DNA from: an uncultured Solirubrobacteraceae bacterium
GTDB lineage: Bacteria; Actinomycetota; Thermoleophilia; Solirubrobacterales; Solirubrobacteraceae
Assembly: GCA_963759375.1 (NCBI GenBank)
Contig: CAVWYY010000004.1
Coordinates: 337,844-401,843 of the forward strand
Reading direction: 5' to 3'
DNA: 64,000 bases
Shown: piece by piece, positions 1 through 8,734 of the stretch
Layout of the letters: each line of letters begins with the position of its first letter
Position numbering within the stretch: position 1 is the first letter of the stretch
Translations under genes and position numbers: made by a program
The notes under the pieces: model-generated
Seen by the model: the letters and a program-made list of their open reading frames with translations, nothing else
Databases searched by the model: none
What the model was told of the DNA's origin: nothing

Positions 1-190
1 GCCGCTGATGAGCTGGGGCAAGCCGGGCCCGGGCAAGTGGGTGACCATCTGGTCGAGCCCCGGCCACGTGTTCATGGAGGTGGCCGGCGTGCGCTTCGAC
101 ACCTCGAACTCCCGCGTCACCGGCTCGCGCTGGGGCAACGCGATGCGCTCCACGGCGGGCTTCGTCGCCCGCCACCCCGAAGGTCTCTAA
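1..190 (+). CDS. NlpC/P60-family cell-wall hydrolase, C-terminal fragment (5' end outside window)
   Basis: Tail GKWVTIWSSPGHVFMEVAGVRFDTSNSRVTGSRWG...ARHPEGL parallels the C-terminus of the complete NlpC/P60 paralog at 19138-19908 (GSWITVYANSGHGFLVIAGLRFDTGWNNAGKGPRW...VRHPKNL). Confidence 0.6.
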   Translation, partial: PLMSWGKPGPGKWVTIWSSPGHVFMEVAGVRFDTSNSRVTGSRWGNAMRSTAGFVARHPEGL

Positions 191-279
191 GACGCTTGGG
201 GTCCGCACCCTATGAGGGGTGCTCAGCGGTGCGCCGATCAAGGTATTGCAGCGTGCCCTCCTGTTCCGACAAGCACCTG

Positions 280-543
280 ATGCCCCGCTCCTACGTCACC
301 GAAGATCTCCCTTCCAGCCCGCCGCCTGAGGTGATGGACGAGGTGTTCGCCGCGTGGGAGCGGGCTCAGGAGCCTCTCCCGGAGTCGCTCGCGCTGGACT
401 TCGTCTCCGAGCCCGTGCTCGGCCGTGCCTGGGGCGAGCTGCGGCTCGACGACGGCACGTTCCTCACGACGATCTCCGCCTCCGAGGCGCTCGCGATCGC
501 CTGCGGCGACGCGGCAGTGGTCCCCTCGACGGTCCTCGTGTAG
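280..543 (+). CDS. hypothetical protein (87 aa)
   Basis: ATG at 280 inside ORF 37..543. High third-position GC from MPRSYV onward and acidic non-junk composition; the upstream part of the ORF is Arg/Gly-rich junk. Confidence 0.5.
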   Translation: MPRSYVTEDLPSSPPPEVMDEVFAAWERAQEPLPESLALDFVSEPVLGRAWGELRLDDGTFLTTISASEALAIACGDAAVVPSTVLV

Positions 544-572
544 ACGCGCCGCGGACCGGGCAGACGGTCCGC

Positions 573-728
573 ATGGCCACTGACAAGCACAGAGTGTCCG
601 GATCGCCCTCGACGGTCGGCGCGCCCAAGCCGGGCGAAGCGCGCGGCGTGAAGTCGGGCACCGCCCCCAAGCCCCGTCCCAAGGCGCAGCCCGCCGAGCC
701 GCGGAAGAAGGGGCCGACCTCGAAGTAG
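573..728 (+). CDS. small Lys/Pro-rich basic protein (51 aa), hypothetical
   Basis: ATG at 573 in ORF 354..728. High GC3. Sequence MATDKHRVSGSPSTVGAPKPGEARGVKSGTAPKPRPKAQPAEPRKKGPTSK. Confidence 0.35.
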   Translation: MATDKHRVSGSPSTVGAPKPGEARGVKSGTAPKPRPKAQPAEPRKKGPTSK

Positions 729-737
729 GGTTCGGGC

Positions 738-1088
738 GTGCGGCGCACGCCCGAGGAGATCGCGGCGATCAAGCGCGCGAAGGCGCGGCTCGACCGGCTC
801 GACTTCTACCCGCGCCCGGTGCGGATCGCGCACGTGCGCATCCTGCACGTGCCGTGGCTGTTCCGCCTGCCGTGGTTCCGGCGCTTCCACGGCTACGAGA
901 TGGGGCCGCTGATCCTCCTCAAGCGCCCGCTGGCCGAGTGCTCGGACGACCTGATCGTCCACGAGCTGTGCCACGTGTGGCAGGACCAGCACCGCCGCCT
1001 GCGCCTGTGGACCTCGTACCTGTACCAGGGCTACCGGAACAACCCGCACGAGATCCAGGCCCGCCGGGCGGTGGCCGACACGCGCTAG
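738..1088 (+). CDS. small HExxH zinc-metalloprotease-like protein (DUF4157-like motif HELCHVWQ)
   Basis: GTG start at 738. Motif DDLIVHELCHVWQDQH resembles the HExxHxxQ signature of DUF4157-type domains. Its stop shares CTAG with the convergent gene. Confidence 0.5.
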   Translation: MRRTPEEIAAIKRAKARLDRLDFYPRPVRIAHVRILHVPWLFRLPWFRRFHGYEMGPLILLKRPLAECSDDLIVHELCHVWQDQHRRLRLWTSYLYQGYRNNPHEIQARRAVADTR

Positions 1089-2336
1089 CGCATCACCCAG
1101 GTGTCCTTGGCCCCGCCGTTCTGGGACGAGTTGACGACGAGCGTGCCCTCGTCGAGCGCCACGCGCGTGAGGCCGCCGGGCAGCACGCGCGCGACGCCGC
1201 CGGGGCCGAGGAACACGAACGGCCGCAGGTCGACGTGCCGCGGGGCCAGCGCGCCGTCGACCACGGTCGGGTGGCACGAGAGGTCGACCAGCTCCTGGGC
1301 GACGTGGTCCTGCGGCGCGGCACGCACCGCCGCGCGGATGCGCTCGACGTCGGCCGGCTCCGCGTGGGGGCAGATCACCACGCCATCGCCGCCGTAGCCC
1401 GCGCGGGGCTTGACCACGAGCTCCTCCAGGCGGTCGAGCGCCTCCTCGAGCACCTCGGGGCGCCCGAGGTCGAACGTGCGGACCGAGGCGAGCAGCGGCT
1501 CCTCGCCGAGGTAGTAGCGCACCATCTCCTCGACGTACGCGTGCGCGAGCTTGTCGTCCCCGACGCCGGCCCCGAACGCGCCGACCATGCCGATCCGGCC
1601 CTCGCGCCACGGCCGCTCGAGCAGCCGGCCGACCGGCGAATCCAGCATCGCGTCATCGGTGCGGCGGTAGACGACGTCGAACGCGTCGACGTCGAGCCCG
1701 TCCGGCTCGACGAGCGGGATGTCGAGCAGATCGGCGAGCCAGGCGTGCTCCCAGTGGGCGCTGTTCTCCGGGCCGTCGGTGAGCACCACGGCGCGCGGCT
1801 CGGGGCGCGGCGAGACCGCCTCGATCGCGCCGGCGAGCATGTCTCCCAGATCGTCGAGCGCCACCGGCGCGGCGGCGCCCAGCGGCTGCAGCAGGCGCTC
1901 GGTCGTCGCCCGCGCCGCGACCGCGTAGGCCATGCCGCTCGGCGTACGCAGGTTGTCCTCGAGCACGAGGAAGCGGCCGTCGGGCGCGCGGACGACGTCG
2001 AGCCCCGCGATCGCGACCCACACCGGGAGCTCGAGGCCCTGCAGTGCGGGCTCGTAGGTGTCGATCGTCTCCACGACCCGCGTGGGCACGACGCCGTCGC
2101 GGACGATCCGCCGCTCCCCGTAGACGTCGGCGACCCAGGCGTTCAGCGCCCGGACGCGCTGGCCGAGCCCAGCCTCGAGCCCTGCCCATTCCTCCGCGTG
2201 GATCACGCGCGGCACGGGATCGAGGTGGAACGCGCCGCCGTCGAACGAGACGCCGGCGATCGCCGCCCGGGCGGCCGTCGAGAAGTCCGCCCGGATCGTG
2301 TCCGTCGAGATCGGGCGCGGGTTCGCTGAACGGCAT
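1085..2336 (-). CDS. circularly permuted type-2 ATP-grasp protein (DUF404/DUF407 family); 5' end unresolved
   Basis: Family-typical sequence: FHLDPVPRVIHAEEWAGLEAGLGQRVRALNAWVADVYG...LEDNLRTPSGMAY...VVKPRAGYGGDGVV...TLVVNSSQNGGAKDTWV. No ATG/GTG/TTG in this frame upstream of the GTG at 2225. The ATG at 2336 is in another frame (possible indel near 2312). Confidence 0.7.
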
Positions 2337-2374
2337 CTGCGATGACTACCCAGCGTGCGACCATCACTACACGA

Positions 2375-2837
2375 ATGGCCGACGAGCTCGAGCAGGCGGT
2401 GGCGACGATCCGCGCATTCACGGAGCGTGCGGGCGCCGAGCGCGTGGTGCTTCTGGTTGACGCCGGGGACGGCGCCGCCATGCTCGACTGCACGGCGCGG
2501 GGACGTGGAGCTGACCGCGGGCGGGAAGACCTGGCGGATCCCGGCGGACCGGCCGGTCGACGCGGCGCCGCGCGAGTTCCCGGACCTGCGCCCGCCGCCG
2601 CCCACCGCGCTCACGATCGACCCGGACACCGGCGAGCTGGAGGCGCCGCTGGGGGCGGTCTCCAACCTCGGCCGCGCGGTGCTCGGGCTCGCGACCGCGT
2701 TCGGCGGCCGCAGCGTGGCGACGGCCGAGTTCGCGACGCGCGACCCGGCGATGCCGATCACGATCGCCGCGCGCGAGGGCGAGCCGCTGGTACTGGCCGC
2801 GGGCGACCGGCGGTTCGTGTTGCCCGAGGGCCTGTGA
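2375..2837 (+). pseudogene. hypothetical protein interrupted by a frameshift near 2498-2507
   Basis: N-terminal MADELEQAVATIRAFTERAGAERVVLLVDAGDGAAMLDCTARG is in frame of ORF 2342..2854. The rest, DVELTAGGKTWRIPADRPVD...RRFVLPEGL, is in frame of ORF 2355..2837. High GC3 switches frames at GCGCGGGGAC. Confidence 0.55.
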
Positions 2838-2844
2838 GCGGCCG

Positions 2845-3357
2845 CTACCGGTGACGCGCGCGGTAGCTGCGCGCCTTGGCGCGGTTGCCGCACACGGTCA
2901 TCGTGCACCACGTCCGCGAGCGGTTGCGCGAGCGGTCGTAGAACGCCCAGTGGCAGCGGTCGTTCGGGCACGCCTTCATGCGCGGCCACGTGCCCTCGGC
3001 CTGCGAGCGCGCGACGATCGCCGCCAGCCGGGCGAGCACGGCGTCCGCGCCGCCGCCCGCCGGGGCGAGCGTCGCGGTCCCGTCGTCGTCGAACGCCACG
3101 AGCAGCGGCGCCGCCCGGTCGAGCGTGGCGATGGCCTGCGGGTCGGGGCGCCCACCGTGGTTGGCGAGCAGCAGCGCGCGCAGCGCCTCGCGGAACGCGA
3201 CGATGCGCCGCCGGTCGGCCTCGTCGAACGCGCCGTCGCCCCACGCGGAGAGCCCCTCGACGGTGGCGAGCTCGTCCGTGCCGCGGTCGAGGTCGGCAGT
3301 GTTGACGAAGCGCTCGATCAAGGCCAGCTCGCCGGGCGCGGGCGCGCTCTCATCCAT
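2845..3357 (-). CDS. CGNR zinc-finger domain protein (ABATE-like N-domain)
   Basis: C-terminal CPNDRCHWAFYDRSRNRSRTWCTMTVCGNRAKARSYRARH is the CGNR zinc-finger signature. Confidence 0.8.
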   Translation of the reverse strand: MDESAPAPGELALIERFVNTADLDRGTDELATVEGLSAWGDGAFDEADRRRIVAFREALRALLLANHGGRPDPQAIATLDRAAPLLVAFDDDGTATLAPAGGGADAVLARLAAIVARSQAEGTWPRMKACPNDRCHWAFYDRSRNRSRTWCTMTVCGNRAKARSYRARHR

Positions 3358-3423
3358 AACCGTCGTTCGAGTCTAGATGGACACGTGTGCCGTCGCCCGT
3401 CGGTTGCGGTAAACCTTTGCAGC

Positions 3424-3801
3424 GTGCTGCACGAGCGCCATTGGACCCAGGCCGAGGCCAACGCGTTGCGCCCGCTCGTCGGCGCGATCGTCCGCCGCAT
3501 CCGCGACGCCCGGCGCGAGCTGACCAATGGCGAGCTCGGCGACGAGTTCGCGCTGCACGCCGAGGCCACCGGCGGCGCCTGGCCGGCCCGCGACCTCGCC
3601 CGCGCCGCGATCGAGATCGCCCTCGGCTTCGAGCAGCTCGAGCGGCTCGACATCGTCGTCCGCGACCTCGAGCGCGGCCTGATCGACTTCCCGGCGCTGA
3701 TCGACGGCCGCGAGGTCTACCTCTGCTGGCTGCTCGACGAGCCGTCGGTGACGCACTGGCATGCGATCGAGGCCGGGTTCGCCGGCCGGCGGCCGCTCTA
3801 G
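3424..3801 (+). CDS. DUF2203-family protein
   Basis: GTG at 3424 in frame with ORF 2851..3801. Motifs RDLERGLIDFPALIDGREVYLCWLLDEPSVTHWHAIEAGFAGRRPL are typical of DUF2203. Confidence 0.6.
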   Translation: MLHERHWTQAEANALRPLVGAIVRRIRDARRELTNGELGDEFALHAEATGGAWPARDLARAAIEIALGFEQLERLDIVVRDLERGLIDFPALIDGREVYLCWLLDEPSVTHWHAIEAGFAGRRPL

Positions 3802-3819
3802 TACGCGCCTCCGTACGTA

Positions 3820-4560
3820 CTAGCGCATCGACGCGGCGATCCGGACCGCCCGCTCGAGCGACACGTCGCCCTCGATCCGCACCAGCACGCCGTCATCGCG
3901 CTCGACCAGCAGCGTGTTCCCGGCCAGGCGCTGCTCCTCGAACAACGGCTCGCCGCTCCCGGCCGGGATGTAGGCGAAGCCGTGTTGCGCGCCGGAGATG
4001 AAGAAGGCGGGGTCGCCGCCGACCGTGAGGCGCTCGGAGTGTGAAGCGGCGCCGAGCGTCTTCTCGATCACCGGCGTCGCGGCGGCGCGGAGCTCGGTGA
4101 CGAGCAGCCCGACGCCGGTGGTCCCGGACGCCGGCAGGCCCGGCCGCGGCCGGTAGGTCATGTCGACGCGATTGCCCTGCGCCGGGTGCTCGTCGAGGTA
4201 GACCGCGTCAGGCCGGCCGAGCGCGGCCGGCACGCGGAGCGGGAAGCCGGCCCGGCGACGGGCCTGCTCGAGCGACACCGGGTCGCCGAGCGCGACGCTC
4301 TGGCCGAACCGGGACGGCGCCGGCTCGCGGTGCTCGATCCGCACGCTGGAGAAGCCGAGGAAGTCGAGCACCTCGGCGCGCGTGCTCGGCACCGCCATGA
4401 CGACCGCGATCACCACCGCGAGCACCGCGACCGCGATCTGCCAGGCCGGGCGGGCGAACCAGGGCGCGCGCCGCGGCGGCGCGTCGAGCGTCAGCGACCC
4501 CGCGATGTCCGGCGTCGCCGGCCACTCGACCGTCAGCTCGCGCAGCTCGCGCTCAAGCAT
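3820..4560 (-). CDS. putative anti-sigma factor / single-pass membrane protein
   Basis: Overlaps the upstream ECF sigma gene by 8 nt. One TM segment (WQIAVAVLAVVIAVVMAV) followed by an extracytoplasmic domain. Confidence 0.55.
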   Translation of the reverse strand: MLERELRELTVEWPATPDIAGSLTLDAPPRRAPWFARPAWQIAVAVLAVVIAVVMAVPSTRAEVLDFLGFSSVRIEHREPAPSRFGQSVALGDPVSLEQARRRAGFPLRVPAALGRPDAVYLDEHPAQGNRVDMTYRPRPGLPASGTTGVGLLVTELRAAATPVIEKTLGAASHSERLTVGGDPAFFISGAQHGFAYIPAGSGEPLFEEQRLAGNTLLVERDDGVLVRIEGDVSLERAVRIAASMR

Positions 4561-5116
4561 CCTCGCCCACCTCCGCGCGCAGCCGGTCGAGCGCCCGCGA
4601 CAGGCGCGACTTCACGGTTCCCGGCCGGACGCCGAGCGCGGCCGCGGTCTCGGCCTCGGACAGCTCGAGCAGGTAGCGGCACGCGATCACGGTCCGGTCG
4701 CGCTCGCCCATGCGGCCGAGCGCGGCGAGCAGCGTCGAGCGGCGCTCGCCCGCGAGGAGCGCCGCCTCCGGAGAGGGGGCCGCCTCCCCGGAGGAGCGCC
4801 CCTCGCCGGCGGCGCGCAGCACCAGCGCGCTGCGCCGCCCGGCGGACCGCCGGCGGTTGCGCGCCTCGTTGGCGACGATCGCCAGCAGCCATGGGCGCAG
4901 CGGCTCGCCGGTCCGGAACCGGCCCAGCGCGCGGTACGCCTTGACGAACGCGTCCTGGGCCGCCTCCTCGGCGTCCGCGGCGTTGCCGCAGATGACGTAG
5001 GCGATGCGGAAGGCGGTCTCCTCGTGGTCGCGGACGAGCGTCGCGTAGGCGGAGCCGTCGCCTCCGCGTGCGCGCTCGACCAGCTCGTGCTCTGTCAGTG
5101 GCCGGCCCACCACCAT
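4553..5116 (-). CDS. ECF-type RNA polymerase sigma-70 family factor
   Basis: Region 2 (AEEAAQDAFVKAYRALGRFR...PWLLAIVANEARNRRR) and region 4 (RYLLELSEAETAAALGVRPGTVKSRLSRALDRLR). Confidence 0.85.
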   Translation of the reverse strand: MVVGRPLTEHELVERARGGDGSAYATLVRDHEETAFRIAYVICGNAADAEEAAQDAFVKAYRALGRFRTGEPLRPWLLAIVANEARNRRRSAGRRSALVLRAAGEGRSSGEAAPSPEAALLAGERRSTLLAALGRMGERDRTVIACRYLLELSEAETAAALGVRPGTVKSRLSRALDRLRAEVGEDA

Positions 5117-5149
5117 CGCTTAGTACAGCGGTGCGGGAAGATAGGTTCC

Positions 5150-6490
5150 ATGCCGTTGCCGCCCGGGCCGCGCGAGCCTGCCGCGATCCAGATGTCCGAG
5201 TGGATCGTGCGGCCGACGGCGCTGCTGCGCCGCTGCCACGCTCGCTACGGCGAGCCGTTCACGCTCAAGATCGCATGGTCGGACGCTCCGATGGTGTTCG
5301 TGTCCGACCCCGCGGACATCAAGCGCGTGTTCGCCGCCGACCCCGAGGTGCTCCGCGGCGGCGAGAGCTCGAGCGTGCTGGAGCCGTTCGCCGGCCCGCA
5401 CTCGATCCTGCTGCTGCACGGCGCCGAGCACCTGCGCCAGCGGCGGCTGATGCTCCCGCCGTTCCACGGCGAGGCGCTCGCGCGCTGGCGCGACACGATC
5501 GCCGCGCTCGCCGAGCAGGAGCTCGACGGCTGGACGCCGGGCCGGCCGATCCGGGCGCTGCAGCGCATGCAGGCGCTCACGCTCGAGGTGATCCTGCGCG
5601 TCGTCTTCGGCGCCGGCGACGCCGGGTTGCGCGACGCGATCCGCCGCACGCTCGACATGACGACGTCGATGCCCCGGCTCGTCGCGATGTCGCTGGTGCA
5701 GAAGCCGGTCGGCCCGTGGCGCACGTTCATGCGCGCGGTCGAGCGGCTCGACGCGCTGATCTACGAGCGGATCGACAGCCGGGTCGACGACGGGTCCGTG
5801 CTCGCCGTGCTGCGCGAGGCGCGCCACGAGGACGGCTCGCCGCCCACCCGCCGGGAGATGCGCGACCAGCTCGTCACGCTGCTGGCCGCCGGCCACGAGA
5901 CGACCGCAGGGGCGCTCGGCTGGGCGCTCGAGCGGCTGGCCCGCCACCCCGACGTCCTCGCGCGCGTGCGCACGGGCGACGACGCGTACCTGGAGGCCGT
6001 GATCAAGGAGATTCTGCGCGTGCGGCCCGTGCTGTCGATCGTCGGCCGCAAGGCGTTGCAGCCGTTCGAGGTCGGCGGCTGGACGCTGCCGCCGGGCGTC
6101 CACGTCACGCCGTGCATCTACCTGACGCACCGCCGGCCCGACCTGTGGGAGGACCCGACGGCGTTCCGGCCCGAGCGCTTCCTCGACGGTGCGCCGGAGC
6201 CGTACGCGTTCATCCCGTTCGGCGGCGGCACGCGCCGCTGCCTCGGCGCGGCGTTCGCGACGCTCGAGATGCGCGAGGTCCTCAGGGCGGTCGCGGCGCG
6301 CTTCGCGCTGCTCCCGGACCGGCCCGAGGGCGAGCGGATGCGGCGGCGCTCGATCACGTTGACACCCGCGCGCGGCGGGTATGTGGTTCCGCACGCGCTA
6401 GCGTCTTCCGGCGCACGTCATGCCGATGTTCTGCCGTCACAACCGCCTGACCGCGAACTGCCCGATCTGCAGTCGCGAGCTGCAGGCTGA
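5150..6490 (+). CDS. cytochrome P450
   Basis: Heme-Cys loop FIPFGGGTRRCLGAAFA, I-helix LLAAGHETTAG and the EILRVRP (ExxR) motif. ATG at 5150. The last ~30 codons have low GC3 and overlap the next gene. Confidence 0.85.
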   Translation: MPLPPGPREPAAIQMSEWIVRPTALLRRCHARYGEPFTLKIAWSDAPMVFVSDPADIKRVFAADPEVLRGGESSSVLEPFAGPHSILLLHGAEHLRQRRLMLPPFHGEALARWRDTIAALAEQELDGWTPGRPIRALQRMQALTLEVILRVVFGAGDAGLRDAIRRTLDMTTSMPRLVAMSLVQKPVGPWRTFMRAVERLDALIYERIDSRVDDGSVLAVLREARHEDGSPPTRREMRDQLVTLLAAGHETTAGALGWALERLARHPDVLARVRTGDDAYLEAVIKEILRVRPVLSIVGRKALQPFEVGGWTLPPGVHVTPCIYLTHRRPDLWEDPTAFRPERFLDGAPEPYAFIPFGGGTRRCLGAAFATLEMREVLRAVAARFALLPDRPEGERMRRRSITLTPARGGYVVPHALASSGARHADVLPSQPPDRELPDLQSRAAG

Positions 6491-7316
6491 GCTCAAGTCC
6501 AAGGCGCCGTCGCGCCCGGCGCGGACGCGCAGCGGCGGAGGGACGACGCGGTCGCGCGGGTCGACCCCGCGCAGCGGCGGCGTCGTCACGCGCAAGCTGG
6601 CCCGCGCCGCCGACGACGGCTACCGCAACGCGCTCGTCCCCGGCCTGCGCGCCACCGCCGACGCCGAGCGCCTCGCCGCCGCGCTGGCGGCCGCCGCCGC
6701 GCGGCTGGAGCCGCCCGGGCCGTACCCGGAGGTGGCCGCGGAGCCCGACCTGGAGGAGGCGACGTGGCTCGCCTTCCTGCTCGCCCTCGCCGGCTCGCAG
6801 GCACCCGAGCTGCAGGCCGCGATCCTCGACGCCCGCCCGTCGTGGGCGGCGGGCGAGGCGCCCGACCTCCCCGGCGAGCGCGCGCGCACCGTCGGCGCGT
6901 ACCGCGCCTGGGTCGAGCGCGCGGGCACCCAGGAGGCGGCGTTCCGGGGCGAGAACGCGTGGACGGCCGAGCGGCGCTTCGCGCGCGTGTTCGAGCGGCT
7001 CGCGCTCCCCGGCTTCGGTCGCGCGGCGCGCTTCGACCTGCTCAGCGCGCTCGGCGCCGCCGGCCGCTACGAGCTGCGCGCGGGCGAATTGCAGCTGACC
7101 GTCGGGGAGGACGCGACCACCGAGGCGGCGAAGCGTGTCCTCGTGTCCGGCGACAAGCTGCTGCTCGAGCGCCGCGCGCGCGAGCTGGCCGAGGCCTGCG
7201 ACGTGCCGCTGGCCGCGCTCGACCGCGGGCTCGCGATCTGGGGCACGCCCGGCGAGCACGCCGATCTCGGCGCGGAGGTGCCGGCGTCGATCCGAGCGGG
7301 GCTCTCGCTGCGGTGA
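6420..7316 (+). CDS. conserved hypothetical protein with N-terminal Cys-knuckle (CRHNRLTANCPIC)
   Basis: ORF 6420..7316 has high GC3 and non-junk composition. The N-terminal Cx8CxxC motif suggests a zinc ribbon/knuckle. Confidence 0.6.
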   Translation: MPMFCRHNRLTANCPICSRELQAELKSKAPSRPARTRSGGGTTRSRGSTPRSGGVVTRKLARAADDGYRNALVPGLRATADAERLAAALAAAAARLEPPGPYPEVAAEPDLEEATWLAFLLALAGSQAPELQAAILDARPSWAAGEAPDLPGERARTVGAYRAWVERAGTQEAAFRGENAWTAERRFARVFERLALPGFGRAARFDLLSALGAAGRYELRAGELQLTVGEDATTEAAKRVLVSGDKLLLERRARELAEACDVPLAALDRGLAIWGTPGEHADLGAEVPASIRAGLSLR

Positions 7317-8734
7317 GCGCCCAGGCCGTCCCCGCGCCGCCGCGGCCGGCGAGCGCAACGGCGGGCGGGCGCGTGATCGGGGCGCGGCGGCCCGGCGGCA
7401 TGACGCTGCTGCTGCTCGGCTGCCTGGCCGTCGGCGCCCTGTCGCTGCTGACGGTGTCGGCGCCGACCTACGACCCATGGGCGTGGATCATCTGGGGCCG
7501 CGAGGTGATGCACCTCGACCTCGTGACCACCGAGGGTCCGTCGTGGAAGCCGCTGCCCGTGATGTTCACGGCGCCGTTCTCGCTGTTCGGCGACGACGCG
7601 GCGCCCGCGCTGTGGCTGGTCGTCGCCCGCGCCGGCGGCGTGCTCGCGTTCGCGATGGCGTTCCGGCTCGGCGAGCGCCTGGCCGGCGTGTGGGCGGGAG
7701 CGATCGCCGCGCTGTCGCTGGTCGCCGCCGACGACTTCATCCGCGACTTCGCGCGCGGCAACTCCGAGGGCCTGCTCGTGGCGCTCGTGCTGTGGGCGAT
7801 CGAGCGGCACCTCGACGGCCGCCGCACCCAGGCGTTCCTGCTCGGCTTCGGGGCCGCGCTGCTGCGCCCCGAGCTGTGGCCGCTGTGGGGCCTGTACGGG
7901 CTCTGGCTCATGTACCAGGACGGCTGGTCGCGGCGGCAGGTCGCGGTCGTCGTCGGCTGCGGCCTGCTGTGCGTGGTGGTGTGGTTCGTGCCCGAGTACC
8001 TGGGCTCCGGCGACTGGCTGCGCGCCGCCGAGCGGGCGCGCGACCCCAACCCGGGCTCGGCCGCGTTCGCGTCGTCGCCGTTCGTGGAGGTGTTCCGCCG
8101 CTCGGCCGCGGTGCTCTCGGTGCCGGTCTACGTAGGGGCGGTGATCGGCACGGCGTTCGCGTTCGTGCGGCGTGACCGCACCTGGCTCGCCCTCGCGGCG
8201 ATGTCGACGGTCCTGATGGTGGTCGTCGCGGCGATGACCCAGGGCGGCTTCGCCGGCAACCTGCGCTACGTCGCGCTGCCCGCGTCGATCCTCTGCGTCC
8301 TCGCCGGTGCGGGGTGGGTCGATCTGGTGCGCCTCGTCCGGACGCGGTTCGGCCTGGTCGCCGGGGCGCTCCTGACCGCCGCGATCGTGGGGTTCTGGAT
8401 CCCGTACGCGAACACCGACCGCAACGACCTCAAGGCCGACCGCGAGCTCACGCGCCGGGAGGCCGACTTCTACGGGCCGAACCTCAAGGCCGTCATCGCC
8501 AAGGCCGGCGGCGAGGACGCGATCAAGTCGTGCGGCCACGTGTTCGCCGGGCCGTTCCAGGTCCCGGCCGTCGCGTGGCGGCTGCACCTGCACGCCGACC
8601 AGGTGGAGATCTTCGCGTTCGGGCCCGGTACCGCGCTCTCGATGGGCGCGACCCACCTGTCGGTCGATCCGCGCTATCCCGAGATCACGAAGACCCGGCA
8701 TTGGGTGGTCGGGAGCTCCTGTGGCCGCGGGTAA
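7313..8734 (+). CDS. polytopic membrane protein, GT-C-fold glycosyltransferase-like
   Basis: GTG at 7313 overlaps the upstream TGA (GTGA); an alternative ATG lies at 7400. More than 8 predicted TM segments with a soluble C-terminal domain, in tandem with a GT39-like gene. Confidence 0.55.
   Translation: MSAQAVPAPPRPASATAGGRVIGARRPGGMTLLLLGCLAVGALSLLTVSAPTYDPWAWIIWGREVMHLDLVTTEGPSWKPLPVMFTAPFSLFGDDAAPALWLVVARAGGVLAFAMAFRLGERLAGVWAGAIAALSLVAADDFIRDFARGNSEGLLVALVLWAIERHLDGRRTQAFLLGFGAALLRPELWPLWGLYGLWLMYQDGWSRRQVAVVVGCGLLCVVVWFVPEYLGSGDWLRAAERARDPNPGSAAFASSPFVEVFRRSAAVLSVPVYVGAVIGTAFAFVRRDRTWLALAAMSTVLMVVVAAMTQGGFAGNLRYVALPASILCVLAGAGWVDLVRLVRTRFGLVAGALLTAAIVGFWIPYANTDRNDLKADRELTRREADFYGPNLKAVIAKAGGEDAIKSCGHVFAGPFQVPAVAWRLHLHADQVEIFAFGPGTALSMGATHLSVDPRYPEITKTRHWVVGSSCGRG

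Noticed and set aside
366-2329. Long overlapping ORFs on both strands (366..1610 -, 854..2329 +, and many similar ones across the window such as 12970..14481 -, 29485..31194 +, 47102..48268 +, 61370..62839 upstream part)
   Set aside because: Their translations are Arg/Gly/Pro/Ala-rich junk. They lie antisense or out of frame to ORFs with clear family motifs and high third-position GC. They are the usual artefact of stop-codon scarcity in very GC-rich DNA.
6380-6401. Claiming a frameshift at the P450 3' end (alternative ending GGMWFRTR-stop at TAG 6399-6401)
   Set aside because: It would require an indel within about 20 nt of the stop. The evidence is only a short GC3 dip, and the existing frame is still compatible with P450 C-termini. 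It is reported only as part of the low-confidence read-through tails observation.
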